NCBI GenBank assembly: GCA_964016365.1 | Contig: CAXHHE010000001.1 | Span: 1-37,674, forward strand | Source of the DNA: an uncultured Bacteriovorax sp. | GTDB lineage: Bacteria; Bdellovibrionota; Bacteriovoracia; Bacteriovoracales; Bacteriovoracaceae | DNA: 37,674 nucleotides | Direction of reading: 5' to 3' | Made by a program: the position numbers and the translations under genes | Shown: positions 9,260 to 16,692 of the stretch, in pieces | How positions within the stretch are numbered: the stretch's first letter is position 1 | Layout: every line of letters begins with the position of its first letter | The notes under the pieces: generated by a model | Seen by the model: the letters and a program-made list of their open reading frames with translations, nothing else | What the model was told of the DNA's origin: nothing | The model's database searches: none

Positions 9260-10888
9260 TTATTTAGCAATCCACCAGTAATCAGACCCGATAGAGTAAG
9301 TGTATGTATCTTTTTCTTTACCGATGCGGTCTGTATGAGCGTAGAACTTAAACTTTCCGTTAAAAAGGAAGATATAAGGAACGTCTGCTGCAATTGTTCT
9401 ATAAACTTCGCGAAGTTTTTTAACTCTTGTCGCTTTATCCATAATTAAACGAGACTCATCAATAAGCTTGTCTACTTTTGGATTGTTGTATTGAACAAAG
9501 TTTGATCCAGCGTTAGCAATAGACTCTGAGTGCCAGATTTGTTTTGGATCCCAATCAAGGTCTCCACCACCCCATGCTAAACGAACTGCTTCGAATTTTC
9601 TTTCATCAAGAAGTTTAATGAAGGCGTTCCACTCAACAACTTTTACCTGAACATCAACACCAACTTTCTTAGCGTCTTCCTGGAACGTTGTCAGGAATTT
9701 TACGAAGTCTGGAAGTGGCTCAAGGATTGTGAATGAAAGCTTAACTTTCTTACCATCGATCATCTTATCAAGGATTCTATCCCCGTCTGTATCTTTCCAT
9801 CCGTCTTCAGTTAACTTCTTAAGAGCTAGCTTTGGATCGAATTCAAGAGCTTTAACTGTTGGATCAGCATAGTCGGATTGTTGGTACAGAGGCCCAGTTG
9901 CCGGAAGAGAGAAGTTGAAAAGAAGTTTTTCAATCATCTTCTTTCTATCAAACAGGTGAACCATTGCTTCTCTTGTCTTAACAGACTTGAACATTGGGTT
10001 TGTCAGGTTGAAACCTACGAAGGCATAACCTGATACTTGTTTGTTTTGAGTTTTGATCTTATGAACAGACTTGCCCCATTTAGGACCGTTTGTTTTTTGA
10101 GCGTACTCTTCTGGCTGAAGAGCTAGATAATCGATATCTCCGTTTTCAATTGAACGGATAGAGATCGTTGAGTCCTGGATAAATCTCATTGTGATCGTCT
10201 GGAAATTGTGAATTCCTTTTAGTGACGGTTCACTTCTTCCCCACCAATTAGGGTTAGATGTAAGCACGATTCTCTTAGCGCGGTCGAATTCCTTAAGCAT
10301 ATAAGGACCAGTTCCCACTAGAGTTTTGTTCAGGATTTTTTCCTGCTCTTTGCTCGGGTTCTTGTATAAGTGCATTGGAACAACTGTTAACCCAGCTGCA
10401 ACTGTGAAGTTGTTGAAGTATGGAGTTCCAACTGTGAACTTGATTTTGTTTGGAGCTACGATTTCAGCAGACTTGATGTTTTCGTAGTAAGGCTTTAAGT
10501 GGGCTGTTTTGTAAGTGTCTTTTGGATCCATGATAGCATCAAAAGAAAACTTAACATCTTCAACTGTAAGTGGTTTTCCGTCGTGCCACTTAACTCCGTC
10601 TCTTAGTGTGAATTCAAAAGTCTTTCCGTCTTTTGAAATCGTCCACGACTTTGCAAGAGCAGGTTCCCACTCTCTTGTGTCTGGGTTTCTTGTTAATAAC
10701 CCTTCCATGATCATCGATTGAACTTCACTTGCGTAAGCATCAGATGATGACAGAGCATTTAAAGTTGTAGGCGCTTGACCTAGGTTGATTTTAAACTCTC
10801 CACCGAATGGAGCTTTTGCATTTCCGACAGCGAAGGCAGTGTTCATCACGCCAAGCGCCAATGATAGAGCAATCACACACTTTTTCAT
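9260..10888 (-). CDS. Peptide ABC transporter substrate-binding protein (family 5, OppA/YejA-like)
   Basis: Signal peptide; PALAKSW, FTLRDGVKWHDGKPLTVEDVKFS and GTGPY. Confidence 0.9.
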   Translation of the reverse strand: MKKCVIALSLALGVMNTAFAVGNAKAPFGGEFKINLGQAPTTLNALSSSDAYASEVQSMIMEGLLTRNPDTREWEPALAKSWTISKDGKTFEFTLRDGVKWHDGKPLTVEDVKFSFDAIMDPKDTYKTAHLKPYYENIKSAEIVAPNKIKFTVGTPYFNNFTVAAGLTVVPMHLYKNPSKEQEKILNKTLVGTGPYMLKEFDRAKRIVLTSNPNWWGRSEPSLKGIHNFQTITMRFIQDSTISIRSIENGDIDYLALQPEEYAQKTNGPKWGKSVHKIKTQNKQVSGYAFVGFNLTNPMFKSVKTREAMVHLFDRKKMIEKLLFNFSLPATGPLYQQSDYADPTVKALEFDPKLALKKLTEDGWKDTDGDRILDKMIDGKKVKLSFTILEPLPDFVKFLTTFQEDAKKVGVDVQVKVVEWNAFIKLLDERKFEAVRLAWGGGDLDWDPKQIWHSESIANAGSNFVQYNNPKVDKLIDESRLIMDKATRVKKLREVYRTIAADVPYIFLFNGKFKFYAHTDRIGKEKDTYTYSIGSDYWWIAK

Positions 10889-10947
10889 TGTATTTCCACC
10901 TTTTTAAAAAATTAATACAGCTTAGAATAGAAGTGTGCAGAGTTCAA

Positions 10948-11637
10948 TTATTTTTTGAAATAGAGATTAGAGTCTAGAGACCATCTATCGAGTGTAAGAT
11001 TCTCGTCTTTAATCTTATACTGCTCGAGCTTTTGGTCGATTTCATCCAAACGGCGTTCCAAATCTTTATAAGACCTTAGCGAGTACGTTCTATCTTCATC
11101 CAGGGCATGGAGTTCCTTCTGCCATTCTTGTTCCAACTTGTCGCGCAACGTCTGATAACGTGCATTGATAGTGTTGATTCTCTCAACATGGCTTTGGATC
11201 TCTTTATTTTTCATCTCCATCTGGCCTTTAACTGCCATGCGTTTTTTAATAAGTATACCTACCACTTCACGGCCCATCTTCACGTTGTTCAGAAGGTCCT
11301 CACTAAAAAACTTAAAATAGGCCCCGGCAGTAAAATAAAGATTCTTTTCACAGAACTTCATGTCTGGAATTTTTAAAAGAATGTAATCAGCAGTTCTCCC
11401 CATGACATAAGCTTTGCACTTAAGTGTGGAGTTCTTCTCATCCCAGAATTCAATTTTATCTTTGACGTTGATGTACTTAACATTGTCGAAATCGACTTTC
11501 ACTCTGACGACAGAAATATCGCGGCTGATTTTAGAAATGCGTCCTGAAAAAATCCCCTCTTCTGAAAGCTGGGCGTTTACTGTACTAGCAGTAAAGAGCA
11601 GCCCCAAAAATGGAATGAATGAACGCAATAACTTCAT
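10948..11637 (-). CDS. Hypothetical exported protein with beta-rich N-domain and long C-terminal coiled coil
   Basis: Long ORF with signal peptide from MKLLRSF (ATG 11637, preferred over 11652) and a charged heptad-rich C-terminal half. Confidence 0.75.
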   Translation of the reverse strand: MKLLRSFIPFLGLLFTASTVNAQLSEEGIFSGRISKISRDISVVRVKVDFDNVKYINVKDKIEFWDEKNSTLKCKAYVMGRTADYILLKIPDMKFCEKNLYFTAGAYFKFFSEDLLNNVKMGREVVGILIKKRMAVKGQMEMKNKEIQSHVERINTINARYQTLRDKLEQEWQKELHALDEDRTYSLRSYKDLERRLDEIDQKLEQYKIKDENLTLDRWSLDSNLYFKK

Positions 11638-11706
11638 TCTCTTATTATCCAAAGCTATTGGATTTTCGTCCAGATGAGGAAGATTATACTTGAGTCTTTT
11701 GATTAA

Positions 11707-12219
11707 CTATCTAAGTTTCAGCAGGAAGTAGTTTGACTGATCTTCTGCCTGGTAAAGCAGAACTTCAAACTGCCCAAGAGTGGCCATGACGTCTTTTAAC
11801 TCTTGTGAGTCTTTTAGAACAACCAGGCTGCTTTTGTTTTTAAGTCCTTTAAGAACTTCGCGGTCGCGTTTTAGGTCATCGCTGAAAACGATGTTGGTTT
11901 TTTCGCTAAGCTTTTTTGCCGTTTTTAATCCTTTTGTCGCTAAAAGGTTTGTAGAAAACTCGTCCATCTTCCCTGTTGAGAAATATGAAAGTTCCTGAGA
12001 GTTCTCTGGCATATGGTTAAGCACTTCATTCCAGAACAATGCGGTCGAATCTTTTCTCTCTCCAGCAGGAGCTTCTGTACTCTTTACACTTCTTGAGTTC
12101 TTCACACCAGAAAGCGCTTCATATCTTCCCGCAGGAATAGCTTTTCTCGTCTGCGAAGAAAGTGCAAACGGAATTGCGAGTACGAAAAAAAATGCGGCGA
12201 TATTAATTGTCTGTTTCAT
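11707..12219 (-). CDS. Hypothetical exported protein
   Basis: Signal peptide from MKQTINIAAFF (ATG 12219); overlaps the upstream gene end, consistent with an operon. Confidence 0.7.
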   Translation of the reverse strand: MKQTINIAAFFFVLAIPFALSSQTRKAIPAGRYEALSGVKNSRSVKSTEAPAGERKDSTALFWNEVLNHMPENSQELSYFSTGKMDEFSTNLLATKGLKTAKKLSEKTNIVFSDDLKRDREVLKGLKNKSSLVVLKDSQELKDVMATLGQFEVLLYQAEDQSNYFLLKLR

Positions 12220-12616
12220 GTTCTGATTGTTCTTTAATAAGTCCCATTTCAACGTCAATATACAGATTCAGAGTTTCGAAATGCTTTTCCAGCTCTCGCA
12301 CATAAGCATGCACTTTATCCTCTACTCGATTAGGCATGTCTTGTGTGTGATTAAGATACCAGCGCATTTCATCGACTTTGCTGTAAAACAAATCGAGTCC
12401 TACAAGCACTTCCTCTCCACAAAGCATCAGTTCTTTAATGCTTGTTGAATCGTAACGGTTGTTGAAAACCGCCGGGAAATGGTCTCTGGTTCTTTTTAGT
12501 GAAAACTCGTACATGTATTCGGGTGACCTGAATTTGATTCTCTCAAACAGTCTTTTGGCATCAAGCTTTAACAGCATGAGCATACGTTGCGTTTCTTCAC
12601 TAATTTTTACTTTCAT
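12203..12616 (-). CDS. Hypothetical cytoplasmic helical protein
   Basis: 137-aa ORF co-directional with its neighbours; no recognised motif. Confidence 0.72.
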   Translation of the reverse strand: MKVKISEETQRMLMLLKLDAKRLFERIKFRSPEYMYEFSLKRTRDHFPAVFNNRYDSTSIKELMLCGEEVLVGLDLFYSKVDEMRWYLNHTQDMPNRVEDKVHAYVRELEKHFETLNLYIDVEMGLIKEQSEHETDN

Positions 12617-12635
12617 AGTGTTTCTATTTTACGAC

Positions 12636-13106
12636 TTAATTTGAATTAGTCATAGAAGGCAATTTTGCTCTACGTCCGCCTGGCCATTCAACAGGAGCAT
12701 TGCGGTCTTTGTAAAATTCTACTGCAACCGTCATCGCTACTTGTTTTACGTTCAGTGGAAGTTGGAAATACCTGTAGACATTTTTATTTTCAAACTTCAT
12801 CGCGTTTTCAACCTCTGAAAACGAACTGATATCATAAACCATAAGCTTACCAGAGGCCATAGCACTATCAAGAAAATTTTTTCTAGCATCGTTAAATGCA
12901 AAGGCAGAAGAAAAATCATTTCTCACTACAATCACATGATGTTTTTTATTTTTATCCATGTTTTTTAAGTCGTGAGATTCGATGGGAAGTAAACTTATAT
13001 TAATCTTCCCTAGTACTTCTGCTAATACATAATACGTATGATCTAGCTCGGGTTTCGTTTGAAGGTAAAAAATGTAATTAATGTGGGTTTGGTTTTCTGC
13101 ACTCAT
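12636..13106 (-). CDS. Hypothetical protein, possible degenerate receiver-like domain
   Basis: AGGAG SD; alternating beta/alpha pattern; YFQLPLN resembles the receiver beta5 KP turn. Confidence 0.72.
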   Translation of the reverse strand: MSAENQTHINYIFYLQTKPELDHTYYVLAEVLGKINISLLPIESHDLKNMDKNKKHHVIVVRNDFSSAFAFNDARKNFLDSAMASGKLMVYDISSFSEVENAMKFENKNVYRYFQLPLNVKQVAMTVAVEFYKDRNAPVEWPGGRRAKLPSMTNSN

Positions 13107-13147
13107 GCTCTCCTATTCGGAGAAACTCAGCAAAAAATTACTTTTTT

Positions 13148-13960
13148 TTAATACCTGATCAAAATCTTTTGTCTTCTATTTTTCTCGATTTTCCCAATGA
13201 AAGCGATCAACATCATACCCATAATTAGGGACCCTAAGAAGTTTGCCAAAGCTCCACCTGAACCACCTGAATTTTTTGAAATATCTTCAATTGTTCCACA
13301 GGCCGCCACTTTCTTTTCTTGTGTTGAAAGAGGTGAAACATAACCAGTCGATTGTCTTTTTAATGTTTCATCAACAACCGCGTTCACTCCTTGGATATCA
13401 TCAGACTGAAGAGATGTCGCAGATCCAAGGCTTGCGGCCATGACTGCACCAGAGTCTTCCGAGTGGTCAAGCCCAAGAGTATGTCCAACTTCGTGAAGAA
13501 TTGTCGTTCTTAGAGTGTTACCCCAGTTCTGGCGAAGATAACTGATACCTCCGTTAAGAATGATAACTGTCTGCTCAAAGTATGTTCCTTTATTGTAGCG
13601 GATTGTAATCGCCAGAGTTCTTGAAGGATCGTATCCCGTTTCAGCTCCGAAATTATCCGACCAACGGATGTAGCTTCCTGAATAGCTAGTTGAGTTTTGA
13701 ACCGCACTTAGCTCCCAGATATCTTTCCCGATGACTGATTCCCATTCGGCAACGGCCTGGTTGGCCAGTGTTTCAAGATTTTGAGCATCGGCCGCAGCTG
13801 CGAACTTTGCCATCTTTATTGGAAAAGCACGCCAGTAAAATCCATTCTTAAAATCAGAAGTGAATGTATAGGCTTGTGCGTTTGAACTTAATCCCAGAAA
13901 CAAGAAAATGGCCATTAGCGAGAGGGGGATACTAATGGCCAATTTTTTTGTGTGCTTCAT
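13148..13960 (-). CDS. Matrixin-family (M10-like metzincin) secreted metalloprotease with C-terminal TM anchor
   Basis: Zinc motif HEVGHTLGLDHS, Met-turn AVM, signal peptide, and a C-terminal hydrophobic helix with basic tail. Confidence 0.9.
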   Translation of the reverse strand: MKHTKKLAISIPLSLMAIFLFLGLSSNAQAYTFTSDFKNGFYWRAFPIKMAKFAAAADAQNLETLANQAVAEWESVIGKDIWELSAVQNSTSYSGSYIRWSDNFGAETGYDPSRTLAITIRYNKGTYFEQTVIILNGGISYLRQNWGNTLRTTILHEVGHTLGLDHSEDSGAVMAASLGSATSLQSDDIQGVNAVVDETLKRQSTGYVSPLSTQEKKVAACGTIEDISKNSGGSGGALANFLGSLIMGMMLIAFIGKIEKNRRQKILIRY

Positions 13961-14011
13961 TTTACGTCCTTGTAAAAATTATCACTTCGTAACAACCTTC
14001 CGTCCGTGGAA
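13960..14011 (-). promoter_or_regulatory. Two GGA-loop hairpins (CsrA/RsmA-type sites), one occupying the SD of the matrixin gene
   Basis: UUCC-ACGGAC-GGAA (13998-14011) and UUUUAC-AAGGAC-GUAAAA (13960-13977). Confidence 0.6.
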
Positions 14012-14043
14012 AGCATTAGGAAACTTATATATCTATCTACTAA

Positions 14044-14385
14044 CTATAATTTTGAAAAAAGAGTCGCCGAACATAACCAGACATCGTTGGATTCAAGAGT
14101 GTAAATCTCACCGCTCTTGAACTTCACAGGCCCATCTTTTACGACCTGGATTTTCTTTGAAAGGACCTTTTCTCCTTTCAGTGTCTGAATAATCTGGAAA
14201 TCAACTTCGACTTTAGGGAATGCAGCTTGGGACTCAACATCCTCTACATTCGTGACTGTAGCAATGTACTTTTCAGGACAAGAAAGATTAAAAGTCGACG
14301 TTGCCAGTGCGTTTTCTACGCTAAGAGATCCAGCTAGACCGACAAGCGTAACAGCGACCTTTCCTAGTCTTAATAATTGCTTCAT
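14044..14385 (-). CDS. Small exported hypothetical protein with two Cys
   Basis: Signal peptide ending ALA; beta-rich mature region with one Cys near each end. Confidence 0.75.
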   Translation of the reverse strand: MKQLLRLGKVAVTLVGLAGSLSVENALATSTFNLSCPEKYIATVTNVEDVESQAAFPKVEVDFQIIQTLKGEKVLSKKIQVVKDGPVKFKSGEIYTLESNDVWLCSATLFSKL

Positions 14386-14468
14386 CCTAAAGCTCCCTAC
14401 TTAAATATTCTTCCTTGAGGTTCCAAATCCTTGGTGGAAATCTTCCTTGATCTCCTATCTTTTACTAT

Positions 14469-14484
14469 TGCAGGCTGTATGCCA
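14469..14484 (-). promoter_or_regulatory. Sigma54 (-24/-12) promoter
   Basis: Minus strand TGGCATACAGCCTGCA has exact GG-N10-GC spacing. Confidence 0.75.
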
Positions 14485-14499
14485 AAAGGGAGAAATTTA

Positions 14500-14512
14500 T
14501 AACGTCTTGATA
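14500..14512 (-). promoter_or_regulatory. IHF consensus site
   Basis: TATCAAGACGTTA matches WATCAANNNNTTR and lies just upstream of the -24 element. Confidence 0.55.
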
Positions 14513-14548
14513 GCCTAAAACCCTCCTGATTAATCAGTGACGAAAAGG

Positions 14549-14571
14549 CACCTAAACAGACTGTTTAGGTG
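14549..14571. repeat. Perfect inverted repeat, candidate enhancer-binding-protein site
   Basis: CACCTAAACAG-A-CTGTTTAGGTG: 11-bp arms with a 1-nt centre. Confidence 0.6.
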
Positions 14572-14670
14572 TCAAAAGAAAATGTCAGACTTCAAAATTT
14601 TGACCTCATTACCTTTTTACAGAGGGAGAAAGCACTAAAGTAAACTTTTTGAAAGTCCGACTAAAGTCAC

Positions 14671-15588
14671 ATGAAAACATCAATTAAGACTCTAATAGTC
14701 GCTCTTTTTTGTACACTATCCCTCTCAGCAAACGCAGAAGACCCAGGCTCTGTCGGTCTTTACACCAGTGGCGTTTTTGCCCTGAGGCCCGTTAATAAGA
14801 TAAATGAAATCCTAAACACTTTTCACGAAGAGACTCCAGATAAGAATATTGTTCTTTATATTCACGGTCGTGGAAGACATGTAGATGAAGAATGGCAGAT
14901 GATTTCGAACCTGGAAAAAGTTCACAACGTGCGAGTCGTGATGTTTCACTGGCCATCGTGGTCTTCCCTATTAACTCGACCGGTGGAAAATGCCAAAGCT
15001 TCTGCCGACGAACTCTCTGTGGTTCTTCATGGAATCAAAACATATAAAGAAGAGCATCCTGAAATTTTCGAACGAAAGAAATTAACTTTACTCACTCACA
15101 GCATGGGCCATATCGTCTTGCGCGAGTACACGGAAAAACTTTATGCCCGCGACCTCAACGAAGTTTACGGAAAACCACTTTTTGACAATTATATCTCCGC
15201 TGCCGCAGATATCGGTCTTACAGATCACAAAGCATGGCTTTCCAGAATAGACTTTGCCGTACATAAACATGTTTTGATGAACAACCGCGATTTAATGCTG
15301 ATTATGTCTTACCTCCTAGACTTAAAGGCAAAACAACCCCTTCTTTATAAGCTGGGACTAGGATTTGGAAAAATTCCATCTAAAAGACGTGCAGACTTCC
15401 AGGACCCGGAAGCTATCTACATTGATCTTTCGAAGTCGCTGCAAACAGATCATAGGTATTTTGAATCTGATAAGCCCATCATGAGAAAGCTCTTCACACC
15501 CATGTTAAATGGCGAAGTCTTTGCTCCCAAGGATTTAACAAAGGCGCGTGTGAAGGAAGAAGACAATATCTTCTACGTTATTGATTAG
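14671..15588 (+). CDS. Exported alpha/beta hydrolase (DUF900-like)
   Basis: VLYIHG, FHWPS, nucleophile elbow THSMG, AADI, ND and DHRYF; signal peptide. Confidence 0.82.
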   Translation: MKTSIKTLIVALFCTLSLSANAEDPGSVGLYTSGVFALRPVNKINEILNTFHEETPDKNIVLYIHGRGRHVDEEWQMISNLEKVHNVRVVMFHWPSWSSLLTRPVENAKASADELSVVLHGIKTYKEEHPEIFERKKLTLLTHSMGHIVLREYTEKLYARDLNEVYGKPLFDNYISAAADIGLTDHKAWLSRIDFAVHKHVLMNNRDLMLIMSYLLDLKAKQPLLYKLGLGFGKIPSKRRADFQDPEAIYIDLSKSLQTDHRYFESDKPIMRKLFTPMLNGEVFAPKDLTKARVKEEDNIFYVID

Positions 15589-16012
15589 CTCTTCTGTAGG
15601 TTGCTTTCGTGTTAGTTAAAACACCATTAGAAGCGTTGTAGATCGTCGACTTTTCTAAAAGGTCACCGTTTGCTGTTTGTGAATATTTATTCACGGCCAT
15701 TACTGGCAAAAAGATCGAAGGAATTCCTGGGTCCTTTTTGTATTGAACCTTAACTTCCAGGACTAATTCCTCTCCCGCAAAAGCTCCGCGCCCCATGGCC
15801 CGTACTTCCTGATCATCTTGAACGACAGTGAATTGGTTATCTAAAAGCAAAGTGTGAGTCAGTGGTCTTGAAAGAACTGAAACTTCTTCACAGCCTTTTT
15901 GAGAAAGAATAATACTCTCCCCGTTTTTATCAATATAAGAACCGGTTAAATCAGGACAAGCAAAAGCATTTGCTGACAAAAGGCCAGCTGCGATCAGGAT
16001 CAATTTTTTCAT
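15578..16012 (-). CDS. Small exported beta-rich protein, paralog 1
   Basis: Signal peptide followed by ACPDLTGSY; similar to the 16014 and 16693 ORFs. Confidence 0.82.
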   Translation of the reverse strand: MKKLILIAAGLLSANAFACPDLTGSYIDKNGESIILSQKGCEEVSVLSRPLTHTLLLDNQFTVVQDDQEVRAMGRGAFAGEELVLEVKVQYKKDPGIPSIFLPVMAVNKYSQTANGDLLEKSTIYNASNGVLTNTKATYRRANQ

Positions 16013-16013
16013 T

Positions 16014-16439
16014 TTATTTTACTCTTCTAAAAGTTACGTAGTCGGTTCCCAGCTCAGATCCATCTTCCTTAAAAGGACGAATCTTTTCAACCAAGTTATT
16101 GAATTTATCGATGCGGTATGAAGTAATCCAGCGGACAGGAAGATCGAACTCATTACTTCCACCCCAGTCCATACGGATGTCGATGATCAGGTCATCTTTA
16201 GTAAAAGAAACTGTTGCATAGGCCGTCATCTTTCCATCTGTTTCCAGAACTCTCTCAACGTTGTCGGCAAGTAACGTGGTGGTGCTTTCTTCATCTGACC
16301 AGGTAGTGCTTTCACATTTTACCTGAGTGATTGTTTTTACGAGATCTTCATCACTGTCATAAAAAGAGCCAGTGATATTAGGACAAGCAAGGGCGCTTGC
16401 TGAAAAGGCAAGCGCAGCCACTGCAGTTAAAAACTTCAT
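16014..16439 (-). CDS. Small exported beta-rich protein, paralog 2
   Basis: Signal peptide followed by ACPNITGSF. Confidence 0.82.
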   Translation of the reverse strand: MKFLTAVAALAFSASALACPNITGSFYDSDEDLVKTITQVKCESTTWSDEESTTTLLADNVERVLETDGKMTAYATVSFTKDDLIIDIRMDWGGSNEFDLPVRWITSYRIDKFNNLVEKIRPFKEDGSELGTDYVTFRRVK

Positions 16440-16555
16440 TATTGATTGACCTTCAGGCGCATCTCTTCACGGAATGCAGTTAACTGCATTGAAGAAATTT
16501 CAACGAGGCATAGAACGATCAGAACACATAGTCCTGCGCTTAAAATAGCTTCCAT
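16439..16555 (-). CDS. Unannotated 38-aa small hydrophobic protein
   Basis: MEAILSAGLCVLIVLCLVEISSMQLTAFREEMRLKVNQ*. AGGAGA SD lies 5 nt before the ATG, and the stop overlaps the next start as TAATG. Confidence 0.65.
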   Translation of the reverse strand: MEAILSAGLCVLIVLCLVEISSMQLTAFREEMRLKVNQ

Positions 16556-16656
16556 AATCATCTCCTTGACTAATTGCGCGCAAATCCTTCGCGCACACCC
16601 ATAATAGATTATAGGGCTATTTAAACATTCAAGTCATGATTGTGACAAATTATTTG

Positions 16657-16670
16657 GGCCCCGAAGGGCC
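16657..16670 (-). terminator. GC hairpin with UUCG tetraloop downstream of paralog 3
   Basis: GGCCC-UUCG-GGGCC on the minus strand; U tail is weak. Confidence 0.45.
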
Positions 16671-16692
16671 TATTGTAAGATAAAGATAAAAT

